A stretch of 64,000 nt of DNA from Leucoraja ocellata (Eukaryota), in contig JAWMAR010000186.1 in the NCBI GenBank assembly GCA_036785375.1, positions 4,278,001-4,342,000 on the forward strand, given 5' to 3'. Positions within the stretch are counted from its first letter, which is position 1, and each line of letters starts with the position of its first letter. The translations under genes and the position numbers were made by a program. Positions 1 through 13,855 of the stretch are shown here, one piece after another. Below the pieces are notes generated by a model. It made no database searches. It had not been told where the DNA came from and saw nothing but the letters and a program-made list of their open reading frames with translations.

Positions 1-1004
1 ATAAAAAGCAAGTGTGAAACAGCATACAAAAAACAAAACAAGAATATTTATAAAGTGTCATAAACAATATCTATATCAGAAGGAAATCAAATGCAAAACT
101 TGGTGATCTCAATAAGAAACTCTTGGTTTTATGCAGAGGCTAGGCTACTTTCAAAGCTCAGAAGCTATTGCTCAGATCACAACCATTCCTTTCATTTTTG
201 GATATTCTTTGATTGTTAGATGTCTTACCTAAATGGAACATGGTATTGTACCAGTGTATTATTGCTGGTGGCAATTATTCTGCCAATATTTTTTACACTT
301 CCTCATGACTTTTTCTATACTTATCTAGTTGCAATCCCCTTTTCCTCATCTCAACATCCATCTGCCATTTAATCTCTCCTGCCATCCACACCACCACTGG
401 CTTTTTTTTGTTTCATTCCTTCTTTCTCTCCCCTGCCTCTATATTCATTTCATACACATCTTAACTTTACCCACTTCTGCCAAAGGGTTATGTACTAAGA
501 AAAGTACATGTAGCAAGAAAGATCAAGTTCTATTGGTGCAGAGCATATATAAGAAATTCTGCTTTTATTGCAAGTGTTTCCCACACTTAGCTCTTTAGAG
601 ACTAAATGCAGCACTATACCAAGTATGAATTGATGCTAATTTACCCTGAATCCTGAATCCCTTTGAACAGCACCAACGTGCAAATCCCTGTGTAATTTGG
701 GAAGTGACCCAAATCAAAACAATATGATCATAAATTTTATTGGGATGGCAGGTCAATGTAACATGATGGATCATGGATCATGATGATCCATCAGACTGGT
801 GATCATCGTTATAAAAAATCAAAGATGGTATTAGTGCATCAGGTGAACAGTTTTATACGAGTGATGTTATATGTTTGGTTGATCCCCTGTGAAAGAAGTT
901 TACATATGTGGTTTCTGGTGGATATATATATATATCTCCAGTAATCTGGTGGGCTGAGAGTTTATATTTGTGGCTTTCCATTTCCTTCATAATATAGCAA
1001 GGAG

Positions 1005-1710
1005 AGTCATAGAGTTATACAGCACAAAAACATGCCCTCCGGCCTAACTCATCCATGCTGACCAGAATGCCCCACCCAAGCTAGTTCAATTGTCCTGTGC
1101 CTGACCCATATCCCTCTAAATCTTCCCTATCCATGTCCCTGTGTCCAAATGTATTGTAAATATTGTCTTGGCTTCAACTACTCCCTCCGGCAACTATTTC
1201 CATATACCCACCATCATCTGTGTGAAAAATGTGCCCCTTAGTTCCGATTAAATCTTTCTCCTCCCACCGAAGGCTGTGGAGGCTGTTGGTATTGATATTG
1301 TAAGGCAGAGATAGATAGATTCTCGATTAGTATAGATGTCAAGGGTTATGGGGGAGAAGGCAGGAGAATGGGGTTAAACGGGGAAGATAGATCAGCCATG
1401 ATAAAATGGCGGAGAAGACATGATGGGCCGAGTAGCCTAATTTTGCACTTATGAACCTTAAACCTATGCCCTCCAGTTCTTGATCCCCTATCCTGGGAAA
1501 ATAAAAACTGTGCATTCATCCTATCTATTCCACTCATGATTTGAAGCACATCATCAAGATCACCATCAGCCTCCTCTCCAAAGAGTAAAGTCCTCGCGTG
1601 CCCTATCTCTCCCTGCAACTCAGGCACACATGTGATCTAATCTTCTGAAACAGTTTACCTAGTGGAGCCTTATGAAAAGCCTTGCTGACATCCGTATAGA
1701 CACATCTTGA
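1005..1710. mobile_element. Cluster of nested/adjacent CR1-type LINE fragments (mostly minus strand, with a + strand 3' end at about 1265-1455)
   Basis: CR1 3'-region motifs on both strands. The minus strand carries the RT remnant 'VYTDVSKAFHKAP' (cf. YLDFSKAFDKVP). Confidence 0.7.
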
Positions 1711-1711
1711 T

Positions 1712-2485
1712 GCATCAATGATTTGGATGAGGGAATTGAAGGCTTTGTGGCCAAGTTTGCGGATGATACGATAATGGGTGGAGGCGCAGGTAGTGTAGAG
1801 AAAGCAGGGACTCTGCAGAAGGACTTGGACAGGTTGGGGGAGTGGGCAGAGAAGTGGCAGATGGAATATAGTGTAGCAAAGTGTGGATTCATGCATTTTG
1901 GTAGTAGGAATAAAGGCGTAGACTATTTTCTAAATGGGGTGAGATTCCAGAAATCGGAGGTGCAAAGGGGCTTGGGAATGCTGGTGCAGGATTCCTCAAA
2001 AGTTAATCTGCTAGTCGAATTGGTAGTAAAGAAAGCAAACTCAATGCTAGCGTTTATTTCAAAAACAGGGATGTAATGTTGAGGCTCTACAAGGCGCTAC
2101 TAAGGCTGCATTTGGAATATTATGAACAATTTTGGGCACCATATATGAGGAAGGATGTGCTGGCTCTGGAGAGGGTCCAGAGGATGTTTACACGAATGAT
2201 TCTAGGAATGAGTAGGTTAACCTATAATTAGCGTTTTTCGGCACCAGGCCTGTACTCGCTGGAGTTTAGAAGAATGAGGGAGGACCTCATTGAAACATAC
2301 AGAATAGTGAAAGGCTTGGATGGAGTGGATGTGGGGAGGATGGTTCCATTAGTGGGAGATTCTAGAGCTAGAGGTCATAGCCTCAGAATTAATGGAAGGA
2401 GATGAGTAGAAATGTATTTAGTGGGTGGTGAATCTGTGGAATTATTTGCCACAGAAGACTGCAGAGGACAAGTCAGTGGATATTT
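1712..2485 (+). mobile_element. CR1 LINE ORF2 fragment (family B), 5'-truncated, degenerate
   Basis: ORF 1723-2076 has KFADDT and LQKDLDRLGEWAEKWQM, typical CR1 RT motifs. Homologous to the minus copy at about 61892-62790. Confidence 0.92.
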
Positions 2486-3009
2486 TCTGCCTTCACAAGC
2501 TACAACTTCTCATCCGCGAGGTGAAAACCTTTTCCTTGTCCTCTCCAGACCTTTTATCAAAGAACTTAAATCCATAGCTCTGGTTTATGATTACTGCTAA
2601 ATGAATTTAGTCTTCCAATTCACCCTACCTAAACCATTTTAAACTTCAACTATATCATCCCTGTTCCAAGCAGAACAGCTCCATGCTAGCAATCTTTCTT
2701 TGTAACTAAAGCTCTCCAGGTTGATAACATTATTTTAAATCCCCATATCCCCATAAATCTTTTTTATCCAGGAATCTGTCCAAATGTCAACTGAGCGTTC
2801 ACGTCGCGGCCCTGTTTTCACCAATCTTTCCACCACCACGTACAAGAAGCACAAGAAGCACAAGGCAGACACCATTGTATGCAGATGACGAGAAGTGTGT
2901 TCAGCTCTGGCTGAACAACTTCTAATCTTGTGTGTGGACTCGATAAGAAAAATAAGTCCTTAAACGTAAGGTGATAGACTTAGTAGACTTAATAGACTTA
3001 GATCACGAT

Positions 3010-3800
3010 AGCCTTGGAAAAAGACCGACCATTTACTTCATCCATGCTCCACAGAATTTTCTATACCTCTATACCTCTGTAAGGCCATCCCTCAGCCACC
3101 TGTGCTCTAAATAAAAAGCCTATCTGGTCTCTCCATATAATTCATGCCTTCCTGTCCTGGTCATATATTTTTTAACTTTTCCACACCCCTTCCAGGTTAA
3201 TGACATCCTTTTTGTAGGTGGGTGACAGTAACTGCACACAATACTCTAAATATGGTCACACCAGTAGCTTGTAGAGATGGACCATGACAACCCAATTCTT
3301 GTATTCATTGCCTTGGCCAATGAAGGCAAACATACTGAATACCTTTCTCACTATCCTGTCCACTTGTGTCATCATTTTCAGGGAACTATGTACCTCTGGT
3401 TCTATCTGTTCAACAACAGTGTCAATGTCCTGCTATTTACTGTGTGAGTCCTGCACTGAACAACCTTCCACAATGTAACACTTTGCACTGCGTTCAATTC
3501 TATTGGCAACCCTTGCCCCACTATCATGCTGATCTAGATCTTGCTATAATCTTAGATAAACTTCTGCACTGTCCACTGCACCAACAATTTTGGTATCTCC
3601 TGCAAACCTATTAGCCATGCAAATTACATACTCATCCAAATTGTTAATATAGTTGATGAACAATAGTGGACTCCACCAATATATGTGGCACACAGCTGGT
3701 CACAGGCCACCAATTTGGATAAACAACTCTCCACCACCACTCCCTAACTCTTACCCTCAAGTTAATTTTGTATGCAAGTTGCTCGCTCACCCTGAATCCC
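3010..3800 (-). mobile_element. Old degenerate CR1 ORF2 fragment
   Basis: The reverse strand shows eroded CR1 RT and C-terminal motifs (KFAxDTKI-like and LEYCVQ-like segments) with many stops. Confidence 0.7.
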
Positions 3801-3889
3801 GTGTGATTCTTCCAATAATGACTAGAGCTGTACACAATACTCCAGCTGTGTTCTGATTAGTGTGTTATACAGTTCTCGCATGCCATCCC

Positions 3890-5075
3890 TGCCCGAGGAA
3901 TATAAAGCAAGCAAGAAAGAACTCCAGGTAATTAGAAGGGCCCAAAGGAGCCATGAAATGTCATTGGCAAGTTGGATTAATGAAAATGGGAAGGCTTTTT
4001 ATATCTACATTAAAAGCAAGAGGTTTATCTGGGGAAAAGGTAGGACTGCTCAAGGTTAAAGGAGGGCATTTATGCTTGGAGGCAAAATGTTGGTGAGAAA
4101 CCGAACAGGTATTTTGCTTCTGTATTCACCAAGAAGGACGTGGAGGATAGTGAAATCAGTGTGTGGTATACTAATATGCTTGGGCAGTTTGAGATCAAGA
4201 AAGAGGTGGTGTTGGGTCTCTTGAAAAGCATTAAGGTGGATAAATACCAGGTTAGTGAGTGAGGCAAGAGATGGGATTGTAGAGGCTTTGACAAAGGTTT
4301 TTGTATCCTCTCCAGCCATACACGAGGTACACGGAGAACCTGAAAATACGTAATGCCATGTCTTTGTTTAAGAAGGGAAGTAGAGATAATGTAGGAGATT
4401 ATAGACTGGTGAGCTTCGTGTCAGTCGTAGGGAAACCAGTGTTGAGGATTCTTTGGGATAGGATTAAATTGCATTTGGAATGGGTTAAGTAAGGACAGTC
4501 AGCATGGTAGCACAGCTGTGGAAAGCATCTTGTCCGGAAATATTACCATCTGGTTTGGGTATTGCTCTGCCCAGGACAAGAAGGCTCTGCAGAGAGTAGG
4601 CCGAACGCACTATGGGAACTACACTCGCCCCCCTGCAGGAACTATACATCCGGAGGTGCAACTCCAGAGCCAATAAAATCATGGGAGACCCCTTCCACCC
4701 CTGCAACGGACTGTTCCAGCTGCTACGGTCAGGCAAATGCCTCCGTTGCCATGCTGTGAGAATGGAGAGGTGGAGAAGGAGTTTCTTTCCAGAGGCCATT
4801 CGGACTGTAAACTCCTATCTCATCAGGGACTAACTTTACTGAACCTTTTTCCTTCCACCCACAATATTTAACATGTAAAATAATATGTGATTCTGTTTGT
4901 AGTTTGTTTGGTTGTTTGTTTATTTGACTTTTTGCACAATGTCCGCGAGCATTGCCACGTTTCATTTCACTGCACATCTCGTATGTGTATGTGCCAAATA
5001 AACTTGACCTGACTTGACTTGACTTGAGATCGTGTCTTACCATCTTGACTGAATTATTTGAAAATGGTCACTTCT
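3890..5075 (+). mobile_element. Degenerate CR1 ORF2 fragment interrupted by a Rex1-like insertion
   Basis: Remnants 'KAFYIYIKSKR' and 'LFKKGSRDNVGDYRLVS'. The host breaks after cagtcagcatgg (about 4507) and resumes at about 5028 (gatcgtgtcttacc). Confidence 0.75.
4512..5027 (+). mobile_element. Rex1/Babar-like LINE 3' fragment
   Basis: C-terminal signature ESILSGNITIWFG...HPCNGLFQLLRSGK...SFFPEAIRTVN, then AATAAA and a (cttga)n tail. Confidence 0.8.
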
Positions 5076-8000
5076 AGAATGAATAACAAAATGGAAACTG
5101 GTATGTGCCTGCATAAAAAATGTGCTTGTGTGCACAAATCATGTGTCACCTTTTTCAGAGGTGCTCAGCTATTGTAGGGTAAAGCTTCAAGGAGACATTT
5201 ACCTGCTGTTGCTTCTGATCAATTTACTTAAGAGGCGTTTGTCTTTTAATAAAATGTCTCTGAACAAGGTTGTGAGCAAGTACTATGATATAGTTTACAC
5301 GGGTGGATCAGGTCCTCATCCTACCCATTAATGGGCAGGATGGAGGAGATGGGCCAAACGGCTTGTTTCCGTGCTATGATTCTCTTCACATACCTCTTTG
5401 CAACACATGGCCATCTCCATGAGCTTTATGAGCCATTTCCTTTGTGTGTTACTCACCAATTATATAAAATTACCAAACTTTTCTCACAATCCTGATGGCA
5501 GTCGTGATATTTTTTTTTGTCTGGTGTCCAGCATTCAACTCCTTAAAGCATTTTTCATTTTGTAGTTTGTTTGGTAATATTTATGATTTTGTATACCCAG
5601 CTGACGGGTGTTGTTGCAGTTTCAAGATGTTGTTTTTGGTGACCTTCCTGAGGCAAACCTAATGCTGGGGAACTTGGAACAACAACGATAAATCCAAACA
5701 ACATGCAGTGGAAGTCGTCCACAGGTTGGAGTGACCCTGAATTTGGGCAAATTTACAAAACCAGATAGACTGCGGCTCCAGATTTAATATGGAAAAGGAG
5801 CAGCTGCTGCTGGGTCAGTCCGTATCCTTCAAGAGGGGATTTGTAAGGCTGAAGCCGAGACTATGTCTGATAATTGATTTAATGTATTATTGATGCAGCA
5901 TCCATTTTAAACTCCCTTAACACCCACATAGACAAACACATATTATTTTTCATGTCTGATACTTCCTCATGCCAATTCTTCTGGGGCTAGTGTATAATGT
6001 AAATAAAATTAAGACATATATGTATAATAAGTGTATATTCACAGTGCAGCAAGGGACCTCAATTGACATGGTACATATGCCCCAGTGTCCTTCATTTGTA
6101 AACAGACTGTGTTGTTGAGCACAGCAATTATTTAAGGCACTGGCAGCATTGATAACCATGAAGATAGCAAAACCTGAATGTGGGCATGAGAGCTGAACTC
6201 CACACAAAAGAGAACAAACAGCTTACCTTGAGAAGCTTGTAGGTGGTATGACTCTTGAAAAAATGAATGGAGCAGATACAGTGCAGCCAATAGGAGCTTC
6301 AGGCATGTTTGTACTGGGATGAGGAAGTACCTAGTGATTTCAACTGCACAGATGTAGTGCGAGAAGATTTTGTTAATGAGTTGGTAAACTACGCAGACAT
6401 GAGAGAAGCAGGAAAACCTTGATTTGTTTGGATGTAACAATATTCAGTTTTGGTGGGAATGGCATCTGAAGAGAATAAAATGGCTCAAACTCTATCTAGT
6501 TACGAGTTGGATTGGAAGCCTTGGTGTGTAAGATTAGCTGCGTGAGGTTTTCAGTTTATATGTAGAAAACTGAAATGGACATTTTTAGAACAAATAACAA
6601 AAAGGAAACTAGTTTATGTCTGCAGTAAAAAAATGCTGTTCAGATGTGCAACAGCGCCATGAAAGAGGCTCAGAAACATGTAGTGTATTAGCATATATTT
6701 TATTGCTGCACAAAGCAACAGATATTCCATTTAACAATGTCATACCAAAAGTGCAGAATTTTAATTCAATGGTTCAATATTACTCTATTGTCATGTGTAC
6801 CTACTGGTAGGTACGTTTTTTTTTGCATACAGTTCAGTGACAACCCTACTATGCATTAGGCACAATCATACTAAGTATATGCGTGTAAGGGAGTAGACCT
6901 GAGTCAGTACACATGAGTCACTTTGTTTTAGGCACCATTGGTCCTAAGTTAAAATAAAATATATTAGAGTTTTAACATGACGACCTGTTTCCTGGTGACG
7001 GCACTGTGTCGGTGTTGCAGGGGTTATTCTGGGCAGGCGATATGCCAATGTCCTCTACCACTGCTCCGCCACTCCATGCCGCTGCAGGTCACGTCAGTTC
7101 CATGTACTCAGTGTTCAGTGCTCAGTGCATCGATATGGCAGAAGGTTGCTTCAATGTGGATACGATTATCTCTGAATAAATGTAACAAATGACCATGAAC
7201 AAAGAATACAGAGATATTTGAAAACATTTAGTGGCAATGTGTGGAAAATTTCAGTTTGGTTGAAATATTGAATGATTCACGATGGCCAGCAATCAATGGC
7301 TATAACTGATTAGACTAATCAACCCACATTGATGGCCAAATATAGCCACAACGTGTTGGGGTATCTCAACGGGTCAAGCAGCATCCCTGGAGAAAAAGGA
7401 TGGGTGATGTTTTGGGTTGGAACACATCTTTAGACCACCCCCAAAATCCATAAGCAGAACTGCCCTGACAGACCCATTTCTGCCTGCCTGCTCCTGCCCC
7501 ATTGAAATAATGTCCATATACCTCGATTCCATTGTATCCCCCCTGGTCCAATTCCTTCCCATCTATGTCCAAGACACCTCACATTAATTACCCATCCTTT
7601 TTCTCCAGACATGTTGTCTGTCCCACTGAGATACTCCAGCACTTTGTATCTTTGCTGTAAACCAACATCAGCAGTCCCTTCCGATGCATTAATGTTCAAA
7701 GATTTACCATGGAAATTGCAATCAGGGTAGAAAGAGGTGTCATTCCTAGAAACTTCGAATCCATTGGGAAACTGCAGAAATGTAAAAAAAATAGCTACAC
7801 AGTGTTATAGATTATAATTCCTTTATCTACACCAAGACCAATCTACTGTGAGCCACAAAATGCCCCATGTGATTTCAAGGCCTCGGGGTAGGAAGAATCA
7901 GATAGCTTAGGAAAATAATTGTTCTAGTGAGGAGAAGTCAGAATATCTGAGTGGTGCCAATTCTTGGTAGTAGTTAAACGTTCATAATTCTTCAACAAAC

Positions 8001-8319
8001 TGACGATTGGTAGCTGCAGACCAATGCCACATTCTGTACAAGGTTGCACTTCTGTTGAATTACTTATGTAGAGACGACTCAGAACTTGATTCAACTAAAT
8101 CTTGAGAGAAGGTTGAAAGAGAAGCAGTTAAGAAAGCAACAACATTATGATTCATACTGCAGAGAGAACCATTTGGAGTGATAGTCAACGTTTGCCACGC
8201 AGAAAGATATCCTGGGAAAAGATTAGAAATATTCACATAAATCATTTAATTTTAGCAAGAGATACAGTATGCAAGGGAATATTGTAGCCTTATATAATCA
8301 GAAGTTTATTCCAGAAGAT

Positions 8320-8548
8320 CCTGACTACATGTGCTGCCTGCATGGAGTTTATATGTTCTCCCTGTGGCTGTGTGGATTTTCTCCAGGTACGCCGGTGCCT
8401 TCCATTCCAAGGACGTATGTATTTGTAGGTTAATTGGCTTTGGTAAAATTGTATATTATCCCTAGTGTGTAGGATCACTAGTCAGCACGAAATTGGTGGG
8501 CCGAAGGGCTTGTTTCCGTGCCGTATCTCTGAATCTTTAAAGTCTAAA
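8320..8548 (+). mobile_element. HE1/V-SINE-like SINE (5'-truncated)
   Basis: V-domain-like 'ggagtttatatgttctccctgtggctgtgtggattttctccagg' and LINE-derived tail 'gggccgaagggcttgtttccgtgccgtatctct'. Confidence 0.75.
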
Positions 8549-8549
8549 C

Positions 8550-8715
8550 ACAAAGTGCTGGAGTAACTCTGATTCAGGCAACAGCCCTGGAGAGAAATAG
8601 ACAGACGATGCTTTGGGTCAGGACTCTTCCAGTCTGAAGAAGGTCCTGACCCAAAATGATACCTGACTATTTCCCTCCGCAGTTGCCGCCTGACCTGTGG
8701 AGTTCAACCAGCAGA
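8550..8715. mobile_element. Palindromic Penelope-derived mini element
   Basis: Inverted arms, including the perfect 13-bp pair tttgggtcaggac / gtcctgacccaaa around 'ctgaagaagg'. Sequence matches the Penelope 3' end at 45830-45930. Confidence 0.65.
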
Positions 8716-10917
8716 TTTAAGTTTTTTGTAATGTGACAAAGGTTAATTTGAGAAGATCAAAGACACCCAGGAAGTGGTGAAAACTGGTTAAATCTGCTAA
8801 TTATGTGCATACGTAAATTGGTCTTTCTTTTGCAAAGGTCTCATCAAGCTCGAGAAATCAATATTCATACCGGTGGGTAGTAAGCTGCACAAGCGAACAT
8901 ACCCAACTCAACTTGCATTGTCTTAAGTTGGCCAGACTGTTGGGGAGGAGATCACAAAGCAGATTAGGAGAAGGATGAGATGTGGCGGAGTCCTGAAGGT
9001 GTGAGTGAAGTGTTCAATGATGGTCTGAGTGGGTCACTGGGACTGGAGGCTATGAGGTCACAGATCCATGCTCTGCACATGAACTGTGGGTTGAAAGGTT
9101 CTGGAAAATGGTGGGGTGGGCATTGAGGGGGATGGGGAGGGCTGGACCAAATGATAAAAGATAACCATGGCACCTGGCTGATCCAGATCCCAGTCAGGGA
9201 CTGCTCAAGGAAGTTCCAGTAAGGAAATCAATTTTGGGTTTGGAGAAGAGGCTAAAGCTTAATTTTCAGATTGACGCTAAACATTCTGGAAGTAGCAAAA
9301 AACTCCATGTGGCCTGTAATTGAGTTTCACAATCGGAACAGTGTGCTATATGCTACTCGGAGGAGAACTTGTACATTCCTGTCCTTGACCTAAGTGGAGG
9401 AGGTCAGAGAGTTTAGAAAGTGTAATTGGGGGAAGTTTGCTGCATAATGTACTGCAATTAGCAGTGTACTGGTGGCGGGGAACTGTTCAATGAGCGCCAG
9501 TCAAGCACTGGTGCTTATCATGGTGCTGAACCTCTTGGAATTAGTTGGAACTTCACTCATCCAGGCAGTTGGAGAATATTCCATCACACACCTGACTTGC
9601 GAGTGGTCAGTAATTTATTGGCTGAGGGAACACGGATTTTGCCTTGGAGATGAAATGATCTTGGAGGGGATGAGGAAAATACAGAAGGAAGTGAAGAGAT
9701 GCTTGAGTAGATATTGAGACTGTCATCTGATCTAAAAAAAAAGCAGCCTGGAATGGTTCGGACCCTAATCATCACCTATTCTTTTTCTCCAGAGATGCTG
9801 CCTGACCCGCTGAGTTACTCCAACATTCTGTGTCTATCCTTGTAAAAAATCAAATCCAATCCAAGAAATTGAAGCTATCTAAAAATAAATCAAAGCCGAT
9901 TCTCCTATTTCTCCAGTGATGATCATATCATCTTGCTGAGTGATCTAGTGATTACAGGGGATCTCCAGGCACCAGGTACAGAGGCTCTAGGGATTTGCAG
10001 CAATGGTGGGGCAGAAGATATTCTGGCAGCTGAGATCCCCAGGCGTGGTGGGTGTCCAGATTCCCTATGTGAGAATATTGCCAAACTATTCAATTGAAAA
10101 AGAAATAGTGCTCCATTTCTAACCCCATTAAAATTCACGGGGTGGAATGATGCACTGTAATATGGTGCTCAGGATTGGGGGAAATGATTGTGAAGCTCAG
10201 TGGAAAAAATAGCTAAGAATACTTTGCAGGGACACAGTGACATGGGATTGGCCTGCAGAATATACTTTATTAAGTTTAGTTCTAAAATCTGCATTTACCA
10301 TCTGTTAAGGTTTTAATAAAATGAATGCCTTACTTGATCTGGTTCACTATGATTGACAGCCATGCCAGACATATCCTCTATGCAGCAAATGTGCAATATA
10401 ATGATCTAAATGCGTTAAACTCTGCCTCTGAAGTTTAGCTCTGTTAATTTCAAAACAACTGAATGTTATAAGTGAAGTTGCTGCACGTTCGTTTGTACAT
10501 CAGGCAGTTAGCACATGAAGGAGGACAAATGTTTTCATCAAGGGCTGTTCTGAGAGAAAGTTGTCAGGGTAGGGGGGTGTGTGGGGGATATTTAAATTGG
10601 TGGGTAAGGGGAAGTGGAAAGAATAATAGAAGCAGCTGATTGCCCGATGTTACAACAAAGCAAAATAATCGATAGGAATTGAATACCTGTTTCCATTCTA
10701 ATGAAATGACTTGGGCAGTTTTATATTGATCACGTATGTGAACTCACCCAGCAGGCTGCACAAGGCAATAGGGAATGGCCAATAAATCTGATCTTAGTAA
10801 CAATGCCTACATACTGTGAATGTTTTAAAAAATATCAATATTTTGTCATATATCCATATTATCACAATCTTTAATTTTGTAAAATTAATACTTAATATTA
10901 ATGCTTAGGAGATGCAA

Positions 10918-11228
10918 ACAATGGCGCAAGTATTAGAGCTGCTTCGTCAAGCACCAATGGAATCAATGTCGACCTTTAGTGTTGTCGGTGTGAACTTTGC
11001 ACATTCTATCTGTGATCGCATGAGTTTTCGACAGTCGCTCTAGTTTCCTCCCTGACCCCAAAGACGTACGGATCGATAGATAAATTGATGACTGTAGTTT
11101 GTCCCTCGACTTTTCGTGAAGAGAACACAGTGAGAATATAATTTGATTAGTGTAGATCGATGAAGCTCAATGGTCTACATGGACTCAGGGGGCTGAAAAG
11201 CCTGTTTCTATGTGGTGTGCCTTTATGA
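10918..11228 (+). mobile_element. Diverged HE1/V-SINE-like SINE
   Basis: tRNA-like head 'tggcgcaagtattagagctgcttc', V-domain remnant, and tail 'ggctgaaaagcctgtttctatg'. Confidence 0.65.
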
Positions 11229-12382
11229 GAGTACAGCCCACTAACCGTGTGGTCACTATTATAGTGTTAGAAGATGGTAGTAGATTTGTACACATCATAT
11301 CCATGAGCAGCAATGTGATAATCAGCAGACAATCTGTCTCTGTGATGGTTAAGGAATAAATATTGGCCAGGATAGTTGGGAAACTCCTACACATTTCACA
11401 TTTCCTTTAAATAGAGCCATGGGATCTTTTATGTTAAGCCAAGACAGCAGGTCTCATTTATTCTCATTTCTCCTTTGCTTGGCTCAATTTATGTTTTCTT
11501 TTTATTTCCCCCCGTTTCACTTTTCCCCCCATCCCCCTCCCCCCATTTCCTTTCTCCCTCTGGCTTTACATTTCACTTCCCAACCTTTCTTATCTGGCAC
11601 CGTTTTGTCTGCATTTCAACTCTAGTCTTTGGCAGGTGGGTGGAGATAGTGACAATCAACCCTCCCGTGTATGTCACCCATTCCTTCTCTCCAGAAATAC
11701 TGCCTGCCCTGCTGAGTTATTCCAGCTTTTTGTGTCTACTTTCTATTACTTGCTCAGCTTTGACCAGCCTTGAGTAACATCAGCCAGCAACCTTAGTACA
11801 GCTATCGTAAATCACTGTGGACCATTCCAGCTGGATTGTTTTCAGCCTTAACCGTCTTGTTAATTTTCAAAGGTCTTGAGTTCCATTTGGGTTGCGCACA
11901 TGAGAGCAGTTTCCTGGTCCCCCAAAACCACCTGCCATCTCTTTAGCAGGGAATCAGAAGAACCTCAAATGCCTACCTCCATCCAACAGTGAATACTGAT
12001 GTTGCTTTTCTGGGGTTACTTGCATGGTATCTACCAAGGTTATGGTAAGACACCTAGTTGATATGTTGTGAAACTTCCCAAAGTCTTTTTGAAAGTTGAA
12101 CTCGAGTCATGCTGCGAATGAATATTTATACTGCTGTCTCCAGGAACGAGTGTATTAGGTCTTAAGATTAAGTCGGATCACATTATCTGTTTGCTTGCTT
12201 TACTGGCAGCTTGCAAGGTCAGCAGAGCTTTTGGAGAAAGGAAAGGTTGTGAGGACCCCAGGAGGATTGTCAGGACAGTTGATGACACTGCTAAAATTCT
12301 CGTGTTTCGTCACTCAAGCAAATAATATTGGTTATTAGGAGCAAAAATACTTCCAAATGCCATAGTTTGTGTTTGCAACTTG

Positions 12383-12855
12383 TTAAGATGCTGCAGACGT
12401 TCTACCAATCAGTGATATCCAGTGCCATCTTCTTCACTGCCCACCACAGGATTAACAAACTCATCAGGAAGGCTGGCCCCGTCCTGGGAGCGGAGTTGGA
12501 TTCATGAGAGGTGGTCTTGGAGGGAGGATGCTCCTCAAACTGCGGAGCATCCTGGACAGTACAGCTCACATGACACACTGATCAACCTTCATCAAAAGAC
12601 AGGCTCCACCAAGATGCAGGACAGAACGCCATAGAAGATCATTCTTCCCTGTGGCTATCAAACTGTACAAAACCTCCTCCTTCTGTCATGGAGTAGACTG
12701 ACCCCCCCCCCCCCCAACTCCCCACTCCCTTCCAATCTTTGCACATCCCCAATCCTGGCCACTCATCACTTTAATTTTATGTTTCATGTAGTTTGTTTTT
12801 CATGACTGTTCGCAGATCAATTTCCCTCCTGGGATAAATAAAGTTATATCGTAAT
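12383..12855 (+). mobile_element. Rex1/Babar-like LINE 3' fragment
   Basis: Remnants 'RINKLIRKAG' and 'RRSFFPVAIKLY', a poly-C run, and a terminal 'cctcctgggataaataaagtt'. Confidence 0.65.
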
Positions 12856-13034
12856 GTTACACTGTTCCTTTTTGTACTTTTTTTCTAATTCTTGTTTGCA
12901 AAGATTTTGGATAAACATGAACTAGTAAAGGAGAAGCATTTTAGATTCATTAAGGCAAATTGCATTTGACCAGCTGAATTAAGTTTTTTTATGAGGTAGC
13001 AAAGAAGATAGATGGGGACCATATTGTTGATGCT

Positions 13035-13855
13035 ATAAATGTGAGGTTATCCATTTTGGTGGCAAAAACAGGAAAGCAGACTATTATCTAAATGGTGGCC
13101 GACTAGGAAAAGGGGAGATGCAGCGAGACCTGGGTGTCATGGTACACCAGTCATTGAAAGTAGGCATGCAGGTGCAGCAGGCAGTGAAGAAAGCGAATGG
13201 TATGTTAGCTTTCATAGCAAATGGATTTGACTATAGGAGCAGGGAGGTTCTACTGCAGTTGTACAGGGTCTTGGTGAGCCCACACCTGGAGTATTGCGTA
13301 CAGTTTTGGTCTCCAAACCTGAGGAAGGACATTATTGCCATAGAGGGAGTGCAGAGAAGGTTCACCAGACTGATTCCTGGGATGTCAGGACTGTCTTATG
13401 AAGAAAGACTGGATAGACTTGGTTTATACTCTCTAGAATTTAGGAGATTGAGAGGGGATCTTATAGAAACTTACAAAATTCTTAAGGGGTTGGACAGGCT
13501 AGATGCAGGAAGATTGCTCCCGATGTTGGGGAAGTCCAGGACAAGGGGTCACAGCTTAGGAATATGGGGGAAATCCTTTAAAACCGAGATGAGATGAACT
13601 TTTTTCACACAGAGAGTGGTGAATCTCTGGAACTCTCTGCCACAGAGGGTAGTCGAGGCCAGTTCATTGGCTATATTTAAGAGGGAGTTAGATGTGGCCC
13701 TTGTGGCTAAGGGGATCAGAGGGTATGGAGAGAAGGCAGGTACGGGATACTGAGTTGGATGATCAGCCATGATCATATTGAATGGCGGTGCAGGCTCGAA
13801 GGGCCGAATGGCCTACTCCTGCACCTAAAAAAAAACAAAAAAAAAACAAATTTCT
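13035..13855 (+). mobile_element. Young CR1 LINE (family A), 5'-truncated, inserted into an older CR1 RT fragment
   Basis: ORF 13118-13597 (RDLGV...HLEYCVQFWSP...RRLRGDLIETYKI). ATGCT is duplicated at 13030-13034 and 13856-13860. The host reads VDA|VYLGFKKVFDKV across the insertion. Confidence 0.95.
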